From: a virus | Length of the DNA: 64,000 nucleotides | IMG/VR virus record: IMGVR_UViG_3300026257_000002 | Span: 1 to 64,000 of that record | Strand: one strand, 5' to 3' | In this document: positions 34,545 through 44,004 of the stretch, one piece after another | Layout of the letters: each line of letters starts with the position of its first letter | Position numbering within the stretch: position 1 is the first letter of the stretch | Notes under the pieces: model-generated | Told to the model about the DNA's origin: nothing | Databases searched by the model: none | Seen by the model: the letters and a program-made list of their open reading frames with translations, nothing else | Translations under genes and position numbers: made by a program

Positions 34545-37040
34545 TTATGAAAAGAAACTGCTTAGTGAGCCAGTGCGCTCATGCTTCCACCCAATACATT
34601 CTATCACAGATTTCAGAGGTTCCAAGAAAGACTTCTCAAATTGCATCTGATGATTAATATATTTTTCTAACTTAAATTCTTTAGGAAGCGTATTAAAGAA
34701 TGATATGATATTCTCACCAATAGGATTTGGTGTTTTAAGGTAGATAAATTTTACCTTTTCCCCTTCTTGAATAAGAGGAAACTTATTAGTAATTTTATAC
34801 TGCTTAAGATAGTGATTATACAATAATGCACCTCTGACAGCAATAGGTGTACCCTTCTTATAAATCTCCGAATAACTCCGGTATTTTTCAAGACCATTAC
34901 ATCCTCTTGGGAATGAGATATCTATGTAACTTTGCTGTTGTGTTTCACGTTTGATGTCACTGATATAATCAATCATGTCATCATTGGTTCCTTTAATCAT
35001 GATCTTATATGCTTCCAGAAGTTTGTCTCTGAAATATGCTGGTGTAGATGAACGTTGTGTCTCCAGTCCCATGATCTTCATCTTAGGTTCCTTATAACGA
35101 ACACCCTCACTATCCCAGACATTAAGAATGTATCTCTTCTTAGCAGTCCAGATGCCACGGTTAGCGATGTTCTCGCGTTTCATTACCATCTTCTGCTGGT
35201 ATGCATTTACATACGTCGCCAGTTCTTGGTAACAACTTTCAATATAAGTTTCAAGTTCCACCTTACAGATCTTATCAAGGAAGTTAACAACCTTCTCATC
35301 AGACGGCGTTCCTCCTTTGAATACGTTCTTAACAAGATCACCCAGATCAAGATAAATGGAGTCAGTGTCCACAGCAATGACATAATTTTTATCACCCGAT
35401 TTTAAAATTTTATTAAGATACTCATTCATCTTATTCTCAATCCATCTGATCGAGAGTTGTCCCGAAAGAGTAATTGCTTCAGCGTTCTCCAGTCGAAAAT
35501 ACCTGAAGTATTCATTACCAATAGCACCATAAGCAGAGTTCAATTGGATCTTACGTGCCATCTGAATATTATTATACTTGGCGATGTCCTTAACAAGTTG
35601 AGGATCTTTAGTATTTTCATACTCTTGCTTGGCAGCAAGCATCTTTTTCTTGTAAATTGTACGCTCAGTATAAATCTTTTCCATCAACTTGGGAAGGAAA
35701 CCCTGTTTCTTTGTAGTGAACAAAGTTCCGTTAGGACATAGAGTGACGCCATCCAAAGTGCTAGTATCAATCTCACCATTGAGTAGTTTATCCACGTTGA
35801 TGCCGCTCACACGGTCATCTAGAAGGGTCTCAGGAGAGATATTATACTGCATGATGAGGTGTGGATACAATGAGTTAAGGTCAAAGTTCACAACCCAATC
35901 ATAAATGCCAGGAACAGGTTCCTTTACATAAGCACCAGCATACTGCTGATCTTTAGTGCTCTCAGTCTTAGGGGGAATAATAATATTATCTTGTGTGAGA
36001 GCATCGTAAATGATATTGTCCCACATACGAACCTGATAGAATACATCCTCAAAGTTTACCTTAGCATCATATGCCATAGTAACAGCGAGTTCAATCAGTT
36101 TCATTTTATCTTCCAACATGTCTACGAGTTCAACGTCATGGATGTTATACTCAATAAACTTCTGCCAATCACTACGATAAAAATCCTGGAAGTTTTCAAA
36201 CTCAGAGTGATCCAGTTTCTTCTGTCCAAGTTCCACAAAAGCAATATGGTCTAGACGATAAGATTCTTGGTTAGTATAAGTAAATTTCTGATATAGATCA
36301 TAATAGTCAAGGGTAGCAACACCGATGATATCATAATAGATCTTCTCCTGACCCTTCATAAACAACTTACGCTCACGAACAGAGTTCCATGGCGACATAG
36401 ATCTCATGTGCTTAATACTCAGCATACGATCAATGCGTCGGCAAATGAATGGCATATCAAAGAACTTAACATTCCATCCAGTGATAATATCAGGAGTTTT
36501 TTGCACCCAATACTCTAAGAACTTGAAAAGCAGTTCACGTTCATTCTCGCAATAAACATAATGAACGTCATCACGGGAGTTTTTAAACTCACCACAACCC
36601 CAAGTAATAATCTTCTTACTAGTAAAGTCTTTTACAGTAATACAAAGAATTTCTTCTCGTGCTTCCTCAACACTAGGAAATCCATTCTCTGATGTGGTCT
36701 CAATATCAAGAGACATGATATTGAGTTGACTAAAATCATAATCAACTTCCTTGGGATACTTACTCAGGATATACTGATATAAGTATTTGGTATTGCCATA
36801 GATAGTAAAATTATCTACTGCCTCATAAGTATTAACAAACTCTTTAGCATCTTTAATGCTACCAAGTTGAATAGGTTCTACACAGTCACCATCAAGAGTT
36901 TTATATTTGGTTTGATTTTTTGATGAGACATAAAGAGTCGGAGAGAAGTCTTCACGACGCTCAACCCTTCCACCTCCACTAAAACCACGATACAAAACTG
37001 TATCATTGATGATAGCAACATTAGTATAGAAATCCATCAA
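34545..37040 (-). CDS. gp43: DNA polymerase family B (T4 gp43)
   Basis: DIETT exonuclease motif, [22 protein letters not shown]. Confidence 0.98.
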   Translation of the reverse strand: MMDFYTNVAIINDTVLYRGFSGGGRVERREDFSPTLYVSSKNQTKYKTLDGDCVEPIQLGSIKDAKEFVNTYEAVDNFTIYGNTKYLYQYILSKYPKEVDYDFSQLNIMSLDIETTSENGFPSVEEAREEILCITVKDFTSKKIITWGCGEFKNSRDDVHYVYCENERELLFKFLEYWVQKTPDIITGWNVKFFDMPFICRRIDRMLSIKHMRSMSPWNSVRERKLFMKGQEKIYYDIIGVATLDYYDLYQKFTYTNQESYRLDHIAFVELGQKKLDHSEFENFQDFYRSDWQKFIEYNIHDVELVDMLEDKMKLIELAVTMAYDAKVNFEDVFYQVRMWDNIIYDALTQDNIIIPPKTESTKDQQYAGAYVKEPVPGIYDWVVNFDLNSLYPHLIMQYNISPETLLDDRVSGINVDKLLNGEIDTSTLDGVTLCPNGTLFTTKKQGFLPKLMEKIYTERTIYKKKMLAAKQEYENTKDPQLVKDIAKYNNIQMARKIQLNSAYGAIGNEYFRYFRLENAEAITLSGQLSIRWIENKMNEYLNKILKSGDKNYVIAVDTDSIYLDLGDLVKNVFKGGTPSDEKVVNFLDKICKVELETYIESCYQELATYVNAYQQKMVMKRENIANRGIWTAKKRYILNVWDSEGVRYKEPKMKIMGLETQRSSTPAYFRDKLLEAYKIMIKGTNDDMIDYISDIKRETQQQSYIDISFPRGCNGLEKYRSYSEIYKKGTPIAVRGALLYNHYLKQYKITNKFPLIQEGEKVKFIYLKTPNPIGENIISFFNTLPKEFKLEKYINHQMQFEKSFLEPLKSVIECIGWKHERTGSLSSFFS

Positions 37041-37291
37041 GCAGTAACATCACGATATAATTGTAGCAGACTATCCATAGGTTCAGTGATACTAATAATA
37101 TCAGTAGACCTAATAGGAACCTGCTTTTGATATGAATATGGAATAAAATTTTCTAAAGTAAAATCTGGAGCACATCCAGTTACTACTTTAGGGTTGATGA
37201 GCATACAATCAGTATCCTCGTCAGGACGTTCTTCAATCTCCGCTATCAGAAACGTCCCAATTTTCAACAACACAATCTTCACTGTCATCAC
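37037..37291 (-). CDS. Small Sm-like-fold hypothetical protein (84 aa)
   Basis: KIVLLKIGTFLIAEI...LINP...IISITEP..LLQLY pattern shared with three other ORFs. Confidence 0.65.
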   Translation of the reverse strand: MMTVKIVLLKIGTFLIAEIEERPDEDTDCMLINPKVVTGCAPDFTLENFIPYSYQKQVPIRSTDIISITEPMDSLLQLYRDVTA

Positions 37292-37595
37292 GAACTCCTA
37301 CGTTTTGAATGTAACTTTCTTTAATATTATCTTGAGGATCACAAATAGTGACTATCCAATCTTTGTTAATAAAATACTCCTCTGATTTAGAAGTAGCAAG
37401 CCATGGAATGAAACTTAAAACACTATCCGATGGTTCATTAGCACCCTCATTAAGAACTGCTTGCTGAACTACTGTAACACGAACTGGTTTGATTAATACT
37501 GTACTGATAGTTTCCTGAGTATCGCGGTCAACGATCTCCCGAATATCAGCGACAAGTTCCTCCCCAGACTTGAGGAGAACTAACTGAATAGACAT
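37233..37595 (-). CDS. Sm-like-fold hypothetical protein (120 aa)
   Basis: QLVLLKSGEELVADI...LIKP...FIPW...IVTICDP..IKESY. Confidence 0.75.
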   Translation of the reverse strand: MSIQLVLLKSGEELVADIREIVDRDTQETISTVLIKPVRVTVVQQAVLNEGANEPSDSVLSFIPWLATSKSEEYFINKDWIVTICDPQDNIKESYIQNVGVRDDSEDCVVENWDVSDSGD

Positions 37596-37617
37596 AAACT
37601 CCTAGAATTCAACTTTG

Positions 37618-37646
37618 ATTATAGCATGAGGTCAGTCGATTGACAA
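37618..37646 (-). promoter_or_regulatory. sigma70-type promoter for the gp43 operon
   Basis: TTGTCA-17 nt-TATAAT, overlapping the 3' end of the nucleotidyltransferase gene. Confidence 0.7.
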
Positions 37647-38342
37647 GCTGGCAACCTTAAGATTTCTTAAATGTGCTGACATTTTATCCAAATACCCACG
37701 GTTGCGTAGTTCCTTAAACACAAGGTTCTCTACAGCAAACTCACCACCACGTTGAATAGCAGATGATCTCATGTTACGCAGTTTCTCTTTCAACTTTTCA
37801 AATGCCTCACGGTCATCTGCCCTATTATCAATCAAGAAATCAATCTTCTCCATATAGTGTCTCACCTTATTAATGATATTAAGATCTGAAAGATCTACTT
37901 CCTGATATGTGGGACGACGCAACCATAGACTATTCATCAAGGAGAATACTCCTTGACCTGAGGGGGTGGGGTCTCTTCTATCTTGAGCGTAGAGTTCAAC
38001 ATCGTGTCCATAGATCTGAATATTATGGGTGAGAGTCCATAATTGCTTTTTGTCTCGTAAGTAATCATCAATGAGATCAGGACAATCGGCAATGTCTTCT
38101 TTGGAAACAATAAGATGGAGGTCCAGATCAGAATACTTAGTATAATTGTAATTGGCATTACCACCCACCAGAACTACATCAATTATAGCACTATTAGGAA
38201 CATTTGCAAACTCTGCCCACTCTTCTGCAATGCGAACTAGTCCCTGCATAACCTCAGGTTTCATTGCTTCACCAACCCAGATCTTAGGATTTAATTGCTG
38301 ATTATATCTTAGTGTAAGTTTTAAGTCTCTATATGTTTTCAT
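37632..38342 (-). CDS. DNA polymerase beta-superfamily nucleotidyltransferase (236 aa)
   Basis: DVVLVGGNANYNYTKYSDLDLHL (hG[GS]x9-13DxD) and third acidic residue in DVELY. Confidence 0.85.
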   Translation of the reverse strand: MKTYRDLKLTLRYNQQLNPKIWVGEAMKPEVMQGLVRIAEEWAEFANVPNSAIIDVVLVGGNANYNYTKYSDLDLHLIVSKEDIADCPDLIDDYLRDKKQLWTLTHNIQIYGHDVELYAQDRRDPTPSGQGVFSLMNSLWLRRPTYQEVDLSDLNIINKVRHYMEKIDFLIDNRADDREAFEKLKEKLRNMRSSAIQRGGEFAVENLVFKELRNRGYLDKMSAHLRNLKVASLSID

Positions 38343-38839
38343 GCGTCAAATACGAATAAGTCAAACTTAGCATCATCTGCTGTGGTAGAAGTTGGATTAG
38401 ATACTGTACCAATAAAAGTAGTACCATTAACCTTTTCCATATTAACAACTAGTGGATCTCCTCTACCACTACTACCGTCAGTAGAATAATGACCTTGTGC
38501 TAATAGAAGGTAACTAGCAGTATCACCATAGTCGTGAGCCATCGTAAAGGTGAACTGGAATGAACCATATCCAGCTGGAGAGTTTATAGCACCAAAGGTT
38601 GCAGTAATACCTGCACCAGTCCAAGTACCTGCTGGTGATGATCCGAAATCAGTAAAAGAAGCAGTTCCTTTATACCTAGGACCACCTGTACCTGCTGCAA
38701 CACCACCTGCTGTGCTACCATCAGAAACTTTCAGGGTACCTATTGTAGGATCATAAAAAAGATCGCCCACTTTCCCAACAAAAGTAGATGCACTAGAACC
38801 ACCAAGTTTTTCTAAAAATGCTCTGTATACTGACGCCAT
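38339..38839 (-). CDS. Fibre/adhesin-like protein with tropism-determinant-type N-terminal motif (166 aa)
   Basis: GDLFYDPTIGTLKVSDGSTAGG; TATAAATA at 38859-38866. Confidence 0.6.
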   Translation of the reverse strand: MASVYRAFLEKLGGSSASTFVGKVGDLFYDPTIGTLKVSDGSTAGGVAAGTGGPRYKGTASFTDFGSSPAGTWTGAGITATFGAINSPAGYGSFQFTFTMAHDYGDTASYLLLAQGHYSTDGSSGRGDPLVVNMEKVNGTTFIGTVSNPTSTTADDAKFDLFVFDA

Positions 38840-38866
38840 TGTTATATACTTTTTTAAATATTTATA

Positions 38867-38905
38867 AAAAAAAGAGGGTTGTCTGACTGTGACCAGGAAC
38901 CCTCT
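38867..38905 (-). terminator. Terminator downstream of hsp20
   Basis: AGAGGGTT...AACCCTCT stem followed by a long T tract. Confidence 0.8.
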
Positions 38906-38928
38906 GCGACGACGATATTCAATTTTAT

Positions 38929-39369
38929 TTAGGCAGCAGTTAACTGATAAGTTTTTTTCTTCTGGTGATCAGGAACAATTCTCTTCAATCTGATCGTTAG
39001 AAGACCATTATCAAGTTTAACACTCGTCACTTCAACATCATCAGCAATAGTTCTACTCCAGGTAAATGAACGTCTACCAATTCCCCTCTGTAAATATTCA
39101 TAATCAGGGTTATCAGTTTGAGGTTTCATACACTGAACAAACAATTTATTCGATTCAGTTTCAACTTTAATATCTTCTTTAGTGTAACCAGCAAGTGCCA
39201 GTTCTAATCTAAAGTCAACACTAGATTCTTTAATAAGATTATGCGGTGGATAATTTACATCCGAATCATGGACTGCAGCAAATCTCCTAATCCATTCATC
39301 CATACCAATACCATATCTTGATGCGTCATTCAATAGTGCATCAATGTCAGCAATGTTATACTTAACCAT
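38929..39369 (-). CDS. hsp20: Small heat-shock protein (IbpA-like)
   Basis: NYPPHNL, LELALAGY, YLQRGIGRRSF, LDNGLLTIRL; start MVKYN at 39369 with AAGGAG SD. Confidence 0.95.
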   Translation of the reverse strand: MVKYNIADIDALLNDASRYGIGMDEWIRRFAAVHDSDVNYPPHNLIKESSVDFRLELALAGYTKEDIKVETESNKLFVQCMKPQTDNPDYEYLQRGIGRRSFTWSRTIADDVEVTSVKLDNGLLTIRLKRIVPDHQKKKTYQLTAA

Positions 39370-39434
39370 GTGGTCTCTCCTTAAATAAGCGAGTAACGTT
39401 GTGTGGACCCCGAAGGCATCCACAAATATTTATA
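39370..39434 (-). promoter_or_regulatory. hsp20 5' UTR: late promoter, UUCG hairpin and ROSE-like SD-sequestering hairpin
   Basis: TATAAATA 39427-39434; GTGGA..CC-TTCG-GG..TCCAC; CTCGCTT-ATTT-AAGGAG (39393-39377). Confidence 0.65.
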
Positions 39435-39441
39435 GCACAAC

Positions 39442-39475
39442 AAAAAAAAGCAGATACAGTATAAACCGTATCTGC
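39442..39475 (-). terminator. Terminator downstream of regA
   Basis: GCAGATAC...GTATCTGC followed by T8. Confidence 0.85.
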
Positions 39476-39529
39476 CTATAAGGGTTTCCGACTTTTGTAG
39501 AGACCGCACGAAAAGAGTCTCAATCTTAT

Positions 39530-39970
39530 TTATGTTGCTGTATTTGGGTCTACTTTTTTCTTACCAATATTATATTTTGCCTCAAGCGTCCATTCAACTT
39601 TTTCTTTATATGCAATAACTTTAATCTGATTCAATGGTGATACATCCTCAATTTCTTCAGGCTTAAGTACACTAATTAATTCCCAATCAACTAAAAGTTG
39701 AGTGATACGATTACGACGCTGAACGTCATTCAATGTAAGATTAGATCTCTTACCATCAAGTGCAAATAATTCTTTAAAATGAACAATATAATACCTACCT
39801 TGCTTATGCAAGATATGGCAAGACTGATAGAGTTTCTTTTCTTTCCTAGACGCAACTCCAATCCTTGTCAAAGTCTCACGGACCTTGAGGAAATCATCAG
39901 GTTCATTAAGTAATACTTCCACCATATCGGTGGGTTCCCATGTTACTTCAATATCAGTTGATGTCGTCAT
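39530..39970 (-). CDS. regA: Translational repressor RegA
   Basis: DDFLKVRETLTRIGVAS, LYQSCHILHKQGRYYIVHFKELF. Confidence 0.97.
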   Translation of the reverse strand: MTTSTDIEVTWEPTDMVEVLLNEPDDFLKVRETLTRIGVASRKEKKLYQSCHILHKQGRYYIVHFKELFALDGKRSNLTLNDVQRRNRITQLLVDWELISVLKPEEIEDVSPLNQIKVIAYKEKVEWTLEAKYNIGKKKVDPNTAT

Positions 39971-40350
39971 TGTTTACCACCTTTACTCAATTTAAGTTTA
40001 ATACAATTTAGCTGTTCGTCAGAAAGAAGACTAAGAGCGGATCGTGCTTTCTCATTACTATAACCATAATAAGTTTTCACTATTTCCAGATCTGTAATTT
40101 TTTCTTTTTTTAACCACGGAGAAAATCTCCGTTTTGGTCTGACAATATTTAGCAAAAATTCATATTGTAGTTTTTTAGAAAGATGATGGTTAATATTAAC
40201 CTCATTCGCCACCATGATTGTATCTATAAACCCAGACAAACACTTGTTAACAATGAATGGTGGATATTCGTTTTTGTTCTCATCAGTCATGATGTTTTGT
40301 TTCTCATGATTGATGGAGTTCAACCAATGCTTTAGTTCAGTTTGAATCAT
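39967..40350 (-). CDS. gp62: Clamp loader small subunit (T4 gp62)
   Basis: YPPFIVNKCLS, KKLQYEFLL..VRPKRRFSPW, YYGYSNEKA. Confidence 0.92.
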   Translation of the reverse strand: MIQTELKHWLNSINHEKQNIMTDENKNEYPPFIVNKCLSGFIDTIMVANEVNINHHLSKKLQYEFLLNIVRPKRRFSPWLKKEKITDLEIVKTYYGYSNEKARSALSLLSDEQLNCIKLKLSKGGKQ

Positions 40351-40895
40351 CTTAGTTGGTAATATTGACTTTTATTATATCCACTGATTATAGAAGAATG
40401 AATATCCATTGCCATGGTAATTCTAACCTCAGAACTTGTGTTAGGAGAAACCCAGTGGTAGACAGAAGAAGAAAACATCATAAGTTCTCCTCTATGATTC
40501 TCATATTTTTCTCCCTCAAACCACGTACCAACTCCAGGATCTCCTCCTAGGAAAAGATTACTACATGTCCAATCTCTTAGTGGTGCTCCAGGTGCATTAG
40601 GGTTACGATGGCAATGTCTTGCAATGCCCTCACCTTCCCTAAAAGTATTTGCCCAGCATTGAATAAATTTTTTCCTCCCAACAATAATCCTCAACTTAGG
40701 AACAATAATTGATGAGACAACTTTATCATTGAGATAGTTGTGACACCAATGTCTTCCAGTTAAAGAATTGTCAGCAGTTCCATTATGAAGATCATCACCC
40801 AAAGACTTGACATGATCTTCAGTTTCCAAGATCCTATCGTAAATGGTATCACATTCTTCAATACTAAGAAAATTTGGAATCTTAAACAGGTTCAT
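40347..40895 (-). CDS. 2OG-Fe(II) oxygenase-like protein (182 aa)
   Basis: CWANTF...HCH, GELMMFSSSVYHWV, RITMAMD. Confidence 0.75.
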   Translation of the reverse strand: MNLFKIPNFLSIEECDTIYDRILETEDHVKSLGDDLHNGTADNSLTGRHWCHNYLNDKVVSSIIVPKLRIIVGRKKFIQCWANTFREGEGIARHCHRNPNAPGAPLRDWTCSNLFLGGDPGVGTWFEGEKYENHRGELMMFSSSVYHWVSPNTSSEVRITMAMDIHSSIISGYNKSQYYQLR

Positions 40896-40898
40896 AAT

Positions 40899-40919
40899 TA
40901 GTTAGTAATTAGTTAGTAA
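40899..40919. repeat. 11-bp tandem duplication of the dam 3' end
   Basis: Plus strand attagttagta-attagttagta; minus strand CTAACTAATTA-CTAACTAATTA-TG. Confidence 0.7.
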
Positions 40920-41729
40920 CAATTCAGCACGATCTTTTTGCTCATTCATATAATCTCCAGTAGAACGCATGGTATAAGTTAGATCATAAGAACATGCTAA
41001 CCATTCTTTAAAACGATCTTTAACCATTTGAATGGAGTTATATGATATCATGTGACGAGCAAGGTGGTTGTCACAATCAACAGCAAACTGATCATGATCG
41101 AAACGCTTATGCAAATCTCCCTTGTTACCATAGAGGTTATCTTTGATATCATAGGGAGGGTCAGAATATATAAAACAACGTATATCATCTGAAAGAAGTC
41201 CTTCATATGACCAATTCGTAATTTTCCAATTTTGAATTATTTCTGAGTATCCTTTTAGTTTCTCAATTCCTCGCATTGAGAAGTTGGAGTTAGATGCCTG
41301 CCTGCTAAAGGATGAGGACTCAGTGAGACCAGAAAAAGAGCACTTGTTAATAACGTAAAAAGCACAAGCGCGAGATAGATGGGATTGATCATAGTCATTA
41401 ACCAGTTGTTTTGATTCTAGAAATAAATTTTTTGCTGATATAGGTTCAGGATGTTGCTGTTTAAGTTTAACTAATTCAGCACATAGTTCCTCATTATAAT
41501 CTTGAAGAACTCTCCAAAAATTATAGAGAGGTTCATAAAGATCATTAACCCACACAGGAATATCTGGGTTTGCTTTAGTGAAGGCGATGGCAACACTACC
41601 ACCACCTAAAAATGTTTCCCGATACTCTTTAATGTCATCAGGGAAACGTGGTAGTATATACTTAGTGGCGCGAGACTTACCGCCAGGATATCTAAGTGGC
41701 GTCTTGAGAGACTTCAAAGTTTGGTTCAT
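40902..41729 (-). CDS. dam: DNA adenine methyltransferase (Dam/D12 class)
   Basis: LRYPGGKS, TFLGGGS, YSDPPY, ELLLTNY. Confidence 0.92.
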   Translation of the reverse strand: MNQTLKSLKTPLRYPGGKSRATKYILPRFPDDIKEYRETFLGGGSVAIAFTKANPDIPVWVNDLYEPLYNFWRVLQDYNEELCAELVKLKQQHPEPISAKNLFLESKQLVNDYDQSHLSRACAFYVINKCSFSGLTESSSFSRQASNSNFSMRGIEKLKGYSEIIQNWKITNWSYEGLLSDDIRCFIYSDPPYDIKDNLYGNKGDLHKRFDHDQFAVDCDNHLARHMISYNSIQMVKDRFKEWLACSYDLTYTMRSTGDYMNEQKDRAELLLTNY

Positions 41730-41877
41730 GATATTTAAGGTATTCCCAGAAGGTCATTTTAAGTTCTTTCTGTGTCATCCCACAATGAGCGGCAGCAGCA
41801 GGAAGATTCATAGAAGCATAGAAGAGACCTTCATGTGCTTCCTTCACATTTTGAGGTGTAGTTTTTTTTATTTCCAT
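41692..41877 (-). CDS. Small hypothetical protein (61 aa)
   Basis: ORF track; TAATG coupling. Confidence 0.65.
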   Translation of the reverse strand: MEIKKTTPQNVKEAHEGLFYASMNLPAAAAHCGMTQKELKMTFWEYLKYHEPNFEVSQDAT

Positions 41878-42167
41878 TAAAGAATCAATTTCTTCTTTTC
41901 AGGAGTTGCGATAGAAGAATACATTTGCTCATACTGAGAAACAATTTCTTCTGCTGCATCAGCCATATATACCACGAACTTAGTAGATATTGTGATTTCT
42001 TTTACTTCTTTACTAATCATCGGAGACCATGCTACGAATTGTAGTGTGCCCTGCTGTGTAGGAACACCTACAATTCCATTCTTTAGTGTAAGGTGATAGT
42101 CTGTGCTTTTGATTACTTCAGCAATCACATCCTCTCCAGAGGACATACGAATCAGTTTTACGTTCAT
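41877..42167 (-). CDS. Sm-like-fold hypothetical protein (96 aa)
   Basis: MNVKLIRMSSGEDVIAEV...FVAW; start reassigned (ATGA overlap with gp44 stop). Confidence 0.75.
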   Translation of the reverse strand: MNVKLIRMSSGEDVIAEVIKSTDYHLTLKNGIVGVPTQQGTLQFVAWSPMISKEVKEITISTKFVVYMADAAEEIVSQYEQMYSSIATPEKKKLIL

Positions 42168-43105
42168 TTGAATTGACACTCCATCATAATTTCGGTTAAA
42201 CATGCCAGGAGATTAATCTCCTGATCGGCAGCAAACGCTGCCTGGTATTGATATTTAGCGATTACTAAAACCGCTGCTGGAATAGTGGAAGGTGTGAGAA
42301 CATCATACATTGCTTCGTAGATACGATGGATAACCATATTAAAATCATTATCCAGATTAGCAACTACCCACTTGCGAACAACATTAAACTCTTTATTTTT
42401 CAGAGCATCCACAAGTCCTTTAAGATTGATATCAGTAATCTCAGCAAGAATACCAGTATCAATGCTACCAGTATTACCATACTTCTGAAGTTGGTTCAAT
42501 ACACGACGCCAATCTGGGAAGTGAGTTTGAATCAGTTCTGCAACAACCTTCGGATCATACTCAACATTTTCACCCTCAAGTATAGACCTGACACGGTTGA
42601 AAAATTGCCCCGCAACAGATGCCTTTTCTTTTCCTTTATAGGTGAAGTCAATGACTGAACATCTTGATTGGATGGGATCAATGATTTTGTTTTTGTAGTT
42701 GCAGGTGAAGATGAATCGGCAGTTGCTATGATACGCCTCAATAGAACTCCGTAAGAGGAGTTGTACATCGTTTCCTGTGTTATCTGCTTCATCAATAATG
42801 ATGACTTTGTGCTTACTTCCTTGAAGTGATACAGTCGTTGCAAAAGTTTTTGCTTGGTTCCGTACCGTATCTAGAAAGCGTCCTTCATCAGATCCATTAA
42901 TTACAATGTAAGATAGGTTTAATTCTTCACACAATGCCTTAGCGGCAGTAGTCTTACCAACACCAGGAGGACCAGCAAGCAGAAGGTTATTCAACTCACC
43001 AGCAGCAACCTGTTGCTTAAGATCACGTTTGATACTGTCAGGAAGAATACAATCGTCAATCTTACGAGGGCGATATTTCTCCACCCATAGATACTGGTCA
43101 TTCAT
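42164..43105 (-). CDS. gp44: Clamp loader large subunit (T4 gp44)
   Basis: WVEKYRP, GPPGVGKT, IIDEAD, SRC. Confidence 0.96.
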   Translation of the reverse strand: MNDQYLWVEKYRPRKIDDCILPDSIKRDLKQQVAAGELNNLLLAGPPGVGKTTAAKALCEELNLSYIVINGSDEGRFLDTVRNQAKTFATTVSLQGSKHKVIIIDEADNTGNDVQLLLRSSIEAYHSNCRFIFTCNYKNKIIDPIQSRCSVIDFTYKGKEKASVAGQFFNRVRSILEGENVEYDPKVVAELIQTHFPDWRRVLNQLQKYGNTGSIDTGILAEITDINLKGLVDALKNKEFNVVRKWVVANLDNDFNMVIHRIYEAMYDVLTPSTIPAAVLVIAKYQYQAAFAADQEINLLACLTEIMMECQFK

Positions 43106-43111
43106 AATAAT

Positions 43112-43336
43112 TTATTCAAAGATGGGATAGATGCGTTGCCGCTGTTGCTGCCGCCACATGATGCGTTGCCGCATTTCTTTCAGTTGATCTGGATCATTAC
43201 CATAATAACCCATATTCATGTAAACACAATCCATATAACGTAAATCATTACGTTCAGCATCAACGGTAAAAGTGTCACAATACTCTATAATTTCTTGAGG
43301 CACTTCTACTTTTTGATAGTTATAATCAATAATCAT
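43112..43336 (-). CDS. Hypothetical protein (74 aa)
   Basis: ORF track; sits between gp45 and gp44; short internal duplication RQRI..RQRI. Confidence 0.6.
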   Translation of the reverse strand: MIIDYNYQKVEVPQEIIEYCDTFTVDAERNDLRYMDCVYMNMGYYGNDPDQLKEMRQRIMWRQQQRQRIYPIFE

Positions 43337-43338
43337 AA

Positions 43339-44004
43339 TCAGTTTGAATCAGGTTCAAGAGCAATCCAATAAGTAACAGGAATGCTCTTATTAGTAAAAC
43401 AACTAATAAGACGCTTCGACATCACTACATCATAATCACCTTTGATAAGTTTCAAGTTCTCAACTTTCATATTGAGGACAAATTCATCATCAGTTTTTCC
43501 GACATTAATAGAAAAAGTATTTGATGTATCATTCTCTTTATCACGAACAACAACAGTAACATCAGTGCTATCACCAATCACAGAAAAATCTGGAAGTTGA
43601 TAAACAGCAGCAGCGCGAATAAGACTTTGAATATCTGATTCACTCAAAACAAATTTTACATCTTCAGATGGAACTTTGATGCCATGATCAGGAGCTTGCT
43701 TAATCAGACTTGAATCAGCAAAGAAATACTTCATAGAAGAACGATTGTTTTGTATTTTCACATAATGGTCGCTACCAAACTCCATGTCTGCGCCATGCAT
43801 CAATGACATACCACCAAGAAACTCATTAAGATCATAGATAGAAAAATTCTTAGGGAAAGTTTCTTCTACTTTTGCCTCAGCAAGAATGTTTTCTGCTACT
43901 GAAATAGTGCGAATAGTATTTCCAGACTTTACAGAAATAGACTGATTGATGCCAGAAAAGTTCTTGAGAAGATTGAAAGTATTTTGTGAGAGTTTCATAG
44001 TCAT
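43339..44004 (-). CDS. gp45: Sliding clamp (T4 gp45)
   Basis: MKLSQNTFNLLKNFSGINQS, FSIYDLNEFL, YWIALE. Confidence 0.95.
   Translation of the reverse strand: MTMKLSQNTFNLLKNFSGINQSISVKSGNTIRTISVAENILAEAKVEETFPKNFSIYDLNEFLGGMSLMHGADMEFGSDHYVKIQNNRSSMKYFFADSSLIKQAPDHGIKVPSEDVKFVLSESDIQSLIRAAAVYQLPDFSVIGDSTDVTVVVRDKENDTSNTFSINVGKTDDEFVLNMKVENLKLIKGDYDVVMSKRLISCFTNKSIPVTYWIALEPDSN

Noticed and set aside
20821-37040. Introns or inteins in nrdA, nrdB, gp41, uvsX or gp43
   Set aside because: All are uninterrupted ORFs of ordinary length with no intein-terminal motifs or inserted endonuclease ORFs
37640-37668. Plus-strand TTGACA as a third back-to-back promoter
   Set aside because: No acceptable -10 box at 16-18 nt spacing
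43130-43172. 13-bp direct repeat gatgcgttgccgc in the 74-aa ORF
   Set aside because: Short in-frame duplication (RQRI twice) with no evident regulatory or mobile-element significance
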